64,000 nt of DNA, from the NCBI GenBank assembly GCA_965223545.1, contig OZ245006.1, forward strand, positions 3,936,001-4,000,000, given 5' to 3'. This document shows positions 36,305 through 44,006 of this stretch, piece by piece. Numbering within the stretch: the first letter of the stretch is position 1; each line of letters opens with the position of its first letter. Origin of the DNA: Planctomycetota bacterium. Lineage in GTDB: Bacteria; Planctomycetota; UBA1135; UBA2386. Below the pieces are notes generated by a model. The model was not told where the DNA came from. It worked only from the letters and a program-made list of their open reading frames with translations, and searched no databases. Both the position numbers and the translations under genes were made by a program.

Positions 36305-37258
36305 ATGGACCCCGCCCCGCGAGTGCATCCGATGACCGTCACCGAACCCTCGATCACCAAGATCGAACGCATCCACGCCCCGAGCCGCCGCCAGTTCACG
36401 AAAGAGTTCGTCGAGCAACGCAAGCCGGTGATCATCACCGGCGTCGCCGATCAGTGGCGCGCGTTTCGCGATTGGACGCCCGACCGTCTGAAGCGCGTCG
36501 CCGGCGACGCCGAGGTCGCCGTGCACTACAACGCGCGCGGCAGCTTCCACGACTGGTACACGAACCCGACCGCGCGCGAAGACCGGCGCATGAAGCTCGC
36601 CGACGTGATCGACATCATGCGCGGACCGCGCGAGCGCGCGCACCACTACTACATGACCGAGCACTTGCTGGCCGAGATCTCGGCCGAGCTGTGCAACGAC
36701 TTGTCGGTCGGCAGCTTGATCGACGAGCGTCCGGTCCGCGGCGTCTGTACCGGCCCGACCTTCTTCTTCGGCTGCGACACGAGCATGCCGGCGCACTATC
36801 ACTCGACCACGGAGGCGTTCATGTGCCAGCTGCAGGGCACCAAGCAGGTGATCCTGCACGCGCCCGAGCAGACGCCCAACCTGTATCCGCTGCCGTGGTA
36901 TGCGCCGGGCTACAACTTCAGCCAGGTCGATTGGTTCCGTGACCACATCTGGAAGAACGTGGACTACGAGCGGTTCCCGCTGGTCAAGCGCGCCGAAGCG
37001 CTGGAGTTCACCGTGCACCCCGGTGAGATCTTGTTCATTCCGATCCACTGGTGGCACGTGACCAACGTCGACGGCTACCAGCTGTCCATCACCTACTTCT
37101 TCAAGTCGGATCGCAGCCGCTGGTGCTATCCACACCCGGGGCGCGAAGTCGAGAACCACGAGGCCTACCGCTCGTTCCGCGAGCGACGCGCAGCGGAGGG
37201 CAAACCGGTGCCAGAGGGCAGGGCCGGCCTGACGCTGTACGAACGCATGCACCTTTGA
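36305..37258 (+). CDS. JmjC / cupin-like 8 oxygenase
   Basis: 'KPVIITG...W.A...WT', 'AHYH', 'QL.GTK.V.L', 'NLYP', 'PGEILFIP.HWWH.T'. Start may be 36332. Confidence 0.9.
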   Translation: MDPAPRVHPMTVTEPSITKIERIHAPSRRQFTKEFVEQRKPVIITGVADQWRAFRDWTPDRLKRVAGDAEVAVHYNARGSFHDWYTNPTAREDRRMKLADVIDIMRGPRERAHHYYMTEHLLAEISAELCNDLSVGSLIDERPVRGVCTGPTFFFGCDTSMPAHYHSTTEAFMCQLQGTKQVILHAPEQTPNLYPLPWYAPGYNFSQVDWFRDHIWKNVDYERFPLVKRAEALEFTVHPGEILFIPIHWWHVTNVDGYQLSITYFFKSDRSRWCYPHPGREVENHEAYRSFRERRAAEGKPVPEGRAGLTLYERMHL

Positions 37259-37477
37259 GCCGCCGGCGCCACGAGTCTTCGAGCTTCGACAACATTTTCG
37301 AGGCGACGCCGCCGACATGGCAACGTCGCCGCCGCGCCGGAGGCTCGGAGAGACAGTGCCTCCGGGCTCAGCGCGCGCTCCCGCCGCTGGCATCGATCCA
37401 ACGACGATCCGACGCACCTCCAACCCACCGGGCGCACGCTTGCCGCCGCCGCCGACTGTGCGTACCCTTGCGGCGCG

Positions 37478-38401
37478 ATGGATTTCGAGCGCGGCGGCGA
37501 CGGGAGCGAAACGCTCGTAGTCGCAGACACTTACGAGCACGCTGACGACCTCGTCCGAGCCGGGGTCGACAGCGCGCACATCGTCGTCAGCAAGGACGCC
37601 GACCAAGCCGCCGCCCTCCAGCACGCCCGGGAGGGCCTGCGCGCGGGGCGCGGGCCTCTGCCACTGCGCCCGTTCGCGCCGGGCGTGCGCTGCCTGGTCG
37701 TGCTGCCGACCTACAACGAGGCCGCCAATCTCGACCGCGTCGTCGCCGATATCCTGGCTTACCTCAGCACCGACCTGCTGATCGTCGACGACGGCTCGCC
37801 GGACGGAACCGGCGCGATTGCCGACCGACTCGCCGCGGCGGATCGGCGCATCCGCGTGTTGCACCGCCAGGGCAAGCAGGGGCTCGGCACCGCCTATCTA
37901 GCCGGTTTTGCCCGCGCCATCGCCGAGGACTATGGCCTGGTGTTCGAGATGGACGCCGACTTCAGCCACCCGCCCTGGGACCTGCCGCGGCTCGCCGCGT
38001 TCGGCCGCCACGCCGATCTCGTCATCGGCAGCCGCTATGTGCGCGGCGGCAGCACCTTGGGTTGGGACATGCGCCGCCGGCTGCTATCGCGCGGCGCCAA
38101 CCTGTACGCGCGCACGCTGTTGACGCTGGGGGTGCGCGACACCACCGCGGGCTTCCGCTGCTTCGCCGTCGACAAGCTGGCCCAGCTCGATCTCTCGAGG
38201 GTTCACGCCGAGGGCTACGCCTTTCAAGTGGAGATGGCGTATCGCATGCGTCGGGCGGGATTCCGCATCCTCGAAGTGCCGATCCACTTCACCGACCGCC
38301 AGGTCGGCGACAGCAAGATGGATGGCCGGATCGCGCGCGAGGCCATCCGGCTCGTGCCCGCACTCCGGCTGCGGGTCCGGCGCAACAACGTCTTGCGCTG
38401 A
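37478..38401 (+). CDS. GT2 polyprenol-monophosphomannose synthase-like glycosyltransferase
   Basis: 'PTYNE..N', 'VDDGSPDGTG', 'K.GLGTAY.AGF', 'EMDADFSH', 'EVPIHF.DR..G.SKM'. Confidence 0.93.
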   Translation: MDFERGGDGSETLVVADTYEHADDLVRAGVDSAHIVVSKDADQAAALQHAREGLRAGRGPLPLRPFAPGVRCLVVLPTYNEAANLDRVVADILAYLSTDLLIVDDGSPDGTGAIADRLAAADRRIRVLHRQGKQGLGTAYLAGFARAIAEDYGLVFEMDADFSHPPWDLPRLAAFGRHADLVIGSRYVRGGSTLGWDMRRRLLSRGANLYARTLLTLGVRDTTAGFRCFAVDKLAQLDLSRVHAEGYAFQVEMAYRMRRAGFRILEVPIHFTDRQVGDSKMDGRIAREAIRLVPALRLRVRRNNVLR

Positions 38402-38438
38402 CCAAGCGCGGGCCCGAGACCCGAGCACCGGGTCGCGA

Positions 38439-39263
38439 TCAGCCGCGACGCTCGCGCCGCTCGAAGTCCTGCGGCTCGACCCGGAAGAAGTCGTAGACGC
38501 GCTTGCGAAACGCGGCCTTGCCCAGGTCCGACGCCTCACTGAGCCGGGGGGCGAGGACCAGGGAGCGCGCCATCGTCTGCAGCCGGAGCTCGCTGCGGCC
38601 GTTGTTGCCGGGTGCGCGCAGCGCGTTCCAGGGCAGGACACAGCAGCGCGTGGTCAGGCTGGTCTTGCCGACCAGCCGCGGCGGCACCGCGACCACGGCG
38701 AACGCCGCCTCGGCGGCGGCGGGAGCGATCACCAGTGCACTGGGCGCGCCGATCACCTGGTCGCCGGCGACCACCTGCCAGCGCGACAGCTCGGAGGCGT
38801 GCAGCAGGCCCGAGCCATCGGCGGGGCGCCCGCCAACTCCGGCACGCAACGCCGGCCGGCTGCGCGGCGCGGGCCGCTGGGCGGTCGGCATCCGCCCCAG
38901 GTCGGCGGCCGACAACGCGATGCTGAAGCCCTCTCGGTCCGGCACGTAGGACAGCAGCTTCCAGGGCACGACCACACCCCGCTCGGTCTCGGGCAGGGCG
39001 AGCACGGCCGAGCACAGCCGCCCACTGCGCGCGTTGATCGTCAGATCGACGATCCGCGCCACCACCGCGGGGCTGTCATTCCGAGTGACGGTGGCGCCCA
39101 GAATGCTCCGGTGGTCCAGCAACACCGCCGGCGGCTCGGCCCCAGCGCTGCTTGCGGGGCCTTGGCCGAAGGCGACGCCCACCAGCAGCGCCCAACAGGG
39201 AAGCGACGTCAGAGCCAAGCGCACAGCGCGTCGTGTAGCCATCCGTGTCCTCATATCGCCCAT
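38439..39263 (-). CDS. Secreted tandem PRC-barrel protein
   Basis: Signal-like N-terminus; two units ('ILGATV...IVDL.I...SGR...V.VPW' and 'HASEL....V...IG....LVI...VLPW.AL') ending 'VYDFFRVEP'. Confidence 0.7.
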   Translation of the reverse strand: MGDMRTRMATRRAVRLALTSLPCWALLVGVAFGQGPASSAGAEPPAVLLDHRSILGATVTRNDSPAVVARIVDLTINARSGRLCSAVLALPETERGVVVPWKLLSYVPDREGFSIALSAADLGRMPTAQRPAPRSRPALRAGVGGRPADGSGLLHASELSRWQVVAGDQVIGAPSALVIAPAAAEAAFAVVAVPPRLVGKTSLTTRCCVLPWNALRAPGNNGRSELRLQTMARSLVLAPRLSEASDLGKAAFRKRVYDFFRVEPQDFERRERRG

Positions 39264-39370
39264 GGGAAGGGCTCGGCCGTCAAGACCGGGCGTCCGCCCC
39301 GGTGTTAGCCTCTCCTCCCGGTTGCCGACCCCTCCCCGACGTCAGCGTCGAGGCGGCACCGGCGTCTCGA

Positions 39371-39718
39371 TCATTTCGTCGCGGTTTCGATGTTCGCGGC
39401 GCGTCCGCGACCCCCGCGGGTCGAGTCCACGTCCAATCCGTCCACTCCGCGCTCGCTCGAGTCCAACGGCACCACCTTCTCGGTGGGGATTCCGTCGGCG
39501 AGCGCCGGCTCGGCCGGGCCACCGCCGGCGGGAGCGCGGAACGCCAACCACAGCACCAGACCCGCCGCCGCGGCCATCAGGGTCGCGACCGCGACGGAGC
39601 CCGCCTTGGGCAGCCGGGCGGACGGAGAGTAGCGCTTGGACTCGAGAGCTGCCTCGAGCTCGGCGACGAACGGATCCACCGGCCGCGCGCGACTGTCCCA
39701 CAGATAATCGTCACTCAT
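39371..39718 (-). CDS. Putative single-TM anti-sigma factor
   Basis: Overlaps the sigma gene; 'MSDDYLWD...DP.VA.LE..L...RY' N-terminus plus one TM helix. Confidence 0.7.
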   Translation of the reverse strand: MSDDYLWDSRARPVDPFVAELEAALESKRYSPSARLPKAGSVAVATLMAAAAGLVLWLAFRAPAGGGPAEPALADGIPTEKVVPLDSSERGVDGLDVDSTRGGRGRAANIETATK

Positions 39719-40349
39719 CGCTGTTCTCCCAGGGCCGCAGCCGGCGGCGCAGGATCTTCATTCCTCGACACAGATTGACGCGCACGGAGCCCTCGGTCAT
39801 GCCGACGTGCTGCGCGATCTCCGCGCCGGACATCTCCAGCAAGAGACGCAAGATCAGCGGCTCCCGATAGCACTCGGGCATGCCGCGCAGCTGGTGCAGG
39901 ATCTCGTCCGCTTCGAGCGGATCACCGCTCGGCGGAGCCGCCACCGCCTCGGCCTCGGCCAACGGCAGCGAGCGCCGCTGCCGCCGAACCGCGAGCGCAT
40001 TCCGTCCCATGTTGCGCGCGATCGCGCACAGCCATGAGGGGAAGCTCTCGGGGTTCTTCAGCGAACCGATGGCGGACAGCGCCGAAACGGCGACCTCCTG
40101 CATCAGATCCTCGGCCTCGGCATCGGGCACCATGCTCAGCAAGATCGCGTGCACCGTCGGTGCATAGCGATCCCACAGGCGATCGAACGCCTTGCGGTTG
40201 CCTTGCCGGGCGCGCTCGACGAGCGCCACCGGCCCGCGTCTGGCCTCCGCGCCGGCGTCGTCGCCACGGGAGCCGCGCACGAGCGCACGCCGAAAACTCC
40301 GGCGTCCCGAGCGAGAGTCATCGCCGAACGGCAGTGCGCTTGCGGGCAT
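39711..40349 (-). CDS. ECF (sigma-70 group 4) RNA polymerase sigma factor
   Basis: 'LVERAR.G...AF..L..RY', 'AEDL.QEV', 'F.SWL.AIARN', 'YREPLILR....S..EIA...G.T.GSVRV.L.RG'. Start uncertain. Confidence 0.93.
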   Translation of the reverse strand: MPASALPFGDDSRSGRRSFRRALVRGSRGDDAGAEARRGPVALVERARQGNRKAFDRLWDRYAPTVHAILLSMVPDAEAEDLMQEVAVSALSAIGSLKNPESFPSWLCAIARNMGRNALAVRRQRRSLPLAEAEAVAAPPSGDPLEADEILHQLRGMPECYREPLILRLLLEMSGAEIAQHVGMTEGSVRVNLCRGMKILRRRLRPWENSDE

Positions 40350-40689
40350 GGTGTCTGAGCGAGACCGGAATCGTGAGAGAAGCAGCTGCATCTCACCGCC
40401 GACACGACCTCCAGCCAACCGCATCCCGTCGCTGCGGAGCGCAGCAGCGGAGGCGGCCAGTCCAGGCCCGTCGATGGAACAGCGATCAAACATCCAAGCT
40501 ATGGCTATATCCAAGCAGCGTCGATGGGGGAGGTACCGGACCCGGTCCGCCTGGCGCTGTTAGCGAACCTGCGTAGAAAAACCACCCGGGCCGGAACGGC
40601 CGCGGCTCCCCAGAAGCCCGGTAGCACGGCGCAAAGCACAAACTTTTGTTCGATAACGGGTCGCTTGCCACCAGGTCTTGGGGGCTGAG

Positions 40690-40866
40690 CGGCGGAAGTC
40701 CTCGCGGACCAAAGCGCTCCGTTCGACCGGCGCTACAGGCGGGCCTCGGGGCTGGGTTGGACTCCCCCCGAATTCGACTGCAACTGACGACTACGGCAAC
40801 CAGCGCCCGGTCGCACGTTGGGCAGCCACGGATTTCTCCTCCCCGTGGCTGCCCTTCTTTTGTTTT
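40690..40866 (+). ncRNA. Candidate small RNA ending at an intrinsic terminator (5' end unknown)
   Basis: A plus-strand terminator sits in an intergenic gap between two minus-strand genes; no credible plus-strand CDS upstream; C-rich motifs present. Confidence 0.4.
40820..40866 (+). terminator. Rho-independent terminator
   Basis: Perfect 12-bp stem gggcagccacgg / ccgtggctgccc, loop atttctcctcc, followed by ttcttttgtttt. Confidence 0.85.
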
Positions 40867-40932
40867 CGGCTGCTCTTCCCGGCTTCTCGTCCCGGCGCGC
40901 TTCGGTGGACGGCGTGACCGCCGGTCTCCGCC

Positions 40933-42399
40933 TCAGGGCGCGGTCGAGGCCAGCCGCTCGGTCTCGATGTCGGCCAGCATCCGGGCGGTCACGTCGCCGG
41001 TCGGATACTCGCCGTTGAAGCACGCCATGCAGAACTCCATCGGGGCGCCCTCGTCTTCGTCCCAGCGGACGGCGTCCACCATGTCGGCGAGCTCCTGGTA
41101 GAGCAGGTGATCACAGCCGAGCTCTCGCGCCACTTCGGCCACCGCGCGTTCGCGGGCGATGAAGTCCCGGCGCGTCGACATGTCGATTCCGTAGGGGCAG
41201 GGGTACTTGAGCGGCGGTGAGTAGGACGCCAGGTAGACCTTGACCGCCCCCATCTCGCGCGCCAGCTTGACGATCTGCCGGCTGGTATGGCCGCGGACGA
41301 TCGAGTCGTCGAGGATCAGCACCCGCTTGCCCTCGAACTCGACGCGGATCGGGTTGAGCTTGTGCCGCACCGAGCGAGCACGCTCATCGTCGGACGCCAT
41401 GATGAACGTGCGCCCGACGTAGCGGTTCTTGACGAACCCCTCCCGATACTTGACGCCGAGCGCCTCGGCCATCGCCTGAGCCGCCGTGCAAGACGACTCC
41501 GGCACCGGAATGACCGCGTCGACTTCCAACCCGGTCTTGCGCCAAGCATCGGCCAGCTTCTGGCCCAGCCGCATGCGCGCGCGATAGACCGAGACGTCGT
41601 CGAGAAACGAGTCCGGTCGGGCGAAGTAGACGTACTCGAAGATGCAGGGCCGGTGCGGCGAAGTTCCCACCTGGAAGGTGTGGACGCGCTGCTCACTGTC
41701 GATCCACATCACCTCGCCGGCGCGCAGGTCGCGCTCGACCGAGTAGCCGGCGACGTCGAGCACGACCGACTCGCTCGCCACGGCGTAGAACGTGCCGGCG
41801 TCCGTCACCTTCTTGCCGACGATCGCCGGCTTGATGCCGAACGGATCGCGAAAAGCGAACATGCCGGCCCCGGCGATGGTGCCGACGACCGAGTAGGCGC
41901 CGCGCACGCGCTCGAACACCGCGGCCACCGCGTCGCGGACCAGCTCCGGTGAGACCCCGCTGTCGCTCCGGCCGCTGATCAGGGCGTCGGCAAACACGTA
42001 CAGCACGGCCTCCAGATCGCAGGCGCTGGCCATCGGCACCTCGCGCTTGGCGAAGTAGTCGCGCTTGAGCTCCTGGAAGTTGCTGACGTTGCCGTTGTGC
42101 GCCATCGCCACCCCGACCGGATACTCCAGCCAAAACGGCTGCACGTCGGTGTCCTCGCCGCGCCCCACGGTCGGGTAGCGCACGTGGCCCACGCCCATGT
42201 TCCCCTTCAGCCGCGCCAGGTGCTTCTCGGTGAAGACCTCGCGCACCAACCCCCGGCCCTTCTTGGCGTGGAACTTGGTGTCGAAGGTCACGACCCCGGC
42301 GGCGTCCTGCCCGCGGTGTTGGATGGCGAGCAGGCCGGCCAAGATCTCCGGCAGGACGTCGGTGCCCGGGGGGCCGTAGATGGAGATGAAACCGCACAT
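40933..42399 (-). CDS. purF: Amidophosphoribosyltransferase
   Basis: N-terminal 'MCG', 'QHRGQDAAG', 'GHVRYPT', 'CIFEYVYFARPDS', 'DDSIVRG.T', 'YGIDM', 'C.ACF.GEYP'. Confidence 0.98.
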   Translation of the reverse strand: MCGFISIYGPPGTDVLPEILAGLLAIQHRGQDAAGVVTFDTKFHAKKGRGLVREVFTEKHLARLKGNMGVGHVRYPTVGRGEDTDVQPFWLEYPVGVAMAHNGNVSNFQELKRDYFAKREVPMASACDLEAVLYVFADALISGRSDSGVSPELVRDAVAAVFERVRGAYSVVGTIAGAGMFAFRDPFGIKPAIVGKKVTDAGTFYAVASESVVLDVAGYSVERDLRAGEVMWIDSEQRVHTFQVGTSPHRPCIFEYVYFARPDSFLDDVSVYRARMRLGQKLADAWRKTGLEVDAVIPVPESSCTAAQAMAEALGVKYREGFVKNRYVGRTFIMASDDERARSVRHKLNPIRVEFEGKRVLILDDSIVRGHTSRQIVKLAREMGAVKVYLASYSPPLKYPCPYGIDMSTRRDFIARERAVAEVARELGCDHLLYQELADMVDAVRWDEDEGAPMEFCMACFNGEYPTGDVTARMLADIETERLASTAP

Positions 42400-42508
42400 G
42401 AGAGCAGCCGCTGGGAGGAGGATGGTGCCACCGCGGCAGATCCGTGCCGCGAAGGAGCGGGGAGTTTACCATCCGCCGCTCGCATCGACCCACGCCTGCT
42501 GCCACGAC

Positions 42509-43402
42509 ATGCACGCGCTCTGCAATCTCAATGGCGAGATCACCGCCGAGGCCGAAGCCCGGATCCCGGTGCTCGACCGCGGTTTCCTGTTCGGCGACTC
42601 GATCTACGAGGTGCTGCGCACGCGACACCGAGTCCCGTTCGCCTGGCCGGAGCACTTCGAGCGGCTGCGCCGATCGGCCGACGGCATCGCCCTCGACCTG
42701 GACCTCACCGACGAGCAGATCCTGGCCCGGATCAAGGAGACCCAGCTGGCCGCCGGTGGCGATGGCGAGGCCTACGTGCGGGTGATCGTGACGCGCGGGC
42801 CGGGCAGCGCCCCCAACATCGACCTCGCCTACGCGGGAGAGCGCCCCACCTGGGTGATCCTCGTGCGCCCGCTGCCGGCCGGCGGCGGCGGCCCGGTGCG
42901 CCTGGCGCTGATCGAGCGGTTGCGCAACGACCGGCGCGCGCTGGACCCGGCGATCAAGAGCGGCAACTACCTCAACAACGTGTTGGGGCTGGCAGAGGCC
43001 AAGGCCCGCGGCGCCACCGACTGCTTGTTCCTCAATCAGGCCGGCATGGTGACCGAGGCGTCGACCGCGAACTTCTGCATCGTCGACGGCGACGCGGTGG
43101 TGACGCCGCCGCTCGCCGCCGGTCTGTTGGCCGGCACCACGCGCCGGCTGCTGGCCGAGCTGTGTCGCGAGCAGGAGATCGCCTTCGTCGAACGCGACCT
43201 GTCGCGCCAGCACCTGACCGCCGCCGATGAGATGTTCTTGACGTCGACGATGCGCGACATCGCCCCGGTCGTCGAGCTGGATGCAATCGCGGTCGGCGAC
43301 GGGCGCGCGGGGCCCCTCACGCAACGGTTGCAGCGCGCGTTCGACGAGTTCTGCGAGCGCCGGCTGCGCGAGCGCTACGCACCGGCGTACGAGCGGCTAT
43401 AG
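42509..43402 (+). CDS. Class IV PLP aminotransferase (IlvE/Dat/PabC family)
   Basis: 'LDRGFLFGDSIYE', 'H.ERL..SA', 'IKSGNYL', 'TEASTAN', 'LL.GTTR', 'ADEMFLTST'. Confidence 0.95.
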   Translation: MHALCNLNGEITAEAEARIPVLDRGFLFGDSIYEVLRTRHRVPFAWPEHFERLRRSADGIALDLDLTDEQILARIKETQLAAGGDGEAYVRVIVTRGPGSAPNIDLAYAGERPTWVILVRPLPAGGGGPVRLALIERLRNDRRALDPAIKSGNYLNNVLGLAEAKARGATDCLFLNQAGMVTEASTANFCIVDGDAVVTPPLAAGLLAGTTRRLLAELCREQEIAFVERDLSRQHLTAADEMFLTSTMRDIAPVVELDAIAVGDGRAGPLTQRLQRAFDEFCERRLRERYAPAYERL

Positions 43403-43432
43403 GGTTTGGCCGCGCGCGGGCGGCGTCCGCCG

Positions 43433-43849
43433 TCAGTCGTCCAGTGCCTCGTCGAGGATCCGGCCGATCTCTTGCAGCGCGGCGTGGAAGCGATCGCGGT
43501 CTTCCGCCACTTCCTTGAGGTTGGACAGCATCGACTCGAAGCCGTCCAGCGACGTCGAGCCCGAGGCGCGCGTGTAGCTCTTGGCGGAAGCCGCGCGCTT
43601 GGGCATCGCCGGCTCGGACAGCGCCTGCTGCTTCTTGGCCTCGCGCTCGGCAGCGGCCTTCTTCTTCGAGCCCCGCGGCGCCACCTTGACCAGACCGAGC
43701 AGCGCCTTCGCCCGCCCGTACATGATCGGGTAGACCGTCAGCTCCCGGCGACCGGCGGATTCCTTGAGCTCCGCGTAGGACAGCGCCGGGTTGCGCCGCA
43801 GCTGCTCGACGAGGAAATCCATCGCCGGTGAAGACTTCTTCTCGGACAT
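43433..43849 (-). CDS. Small basic hypothetical protein, paralogue of 47747-48139 (putative DNA-binding)
   Basis: 31/51 identical residues, ungapped, with the N-terminal domain of 47747-48139; Lys/Ala-rich linker; amphipathic C-terminal helix. Confidence 0.85.
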   Translation of the reverse strand: MSEKKSSPAMDFLVEQLRRNPALSYAELKESAGRRELTVYPIMYGRAKALLGLVKVAPRGSKKKAAAEREAKKQQALSEPAMPKRAASAKSYTRASGSTSLDGFESMLSNLKEVAEDRDRFHAALQEIGRILDEALDD

Positions 43850-44006
43850 TCGAGGCTCGGGGGATGGTTCCATGGCTCGGATCGCGGGGTCGGCCCGGGC
43901 GACAGGATACCTGCGGCGGCCGAAGCCGGGTAGCGTGCTCGGATCCGCGGCGAGCGCAATAGAAAACTCGGGCGACCGGGGTCCGGCGCTGCCGCCCGTC
44001 AGCCAC

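Noticed and set aside
40680..40810. tmRNA or RNase P RNA (GGGGCTG..., GGAAGTCC, tag-like 'ATDDY')
   Set aside because: No tRNA-like 3' end, no tag ending in a stop after ALAA-like residues, and no RNase P P4 consensus. Kept only as a generic sRNA candidate.
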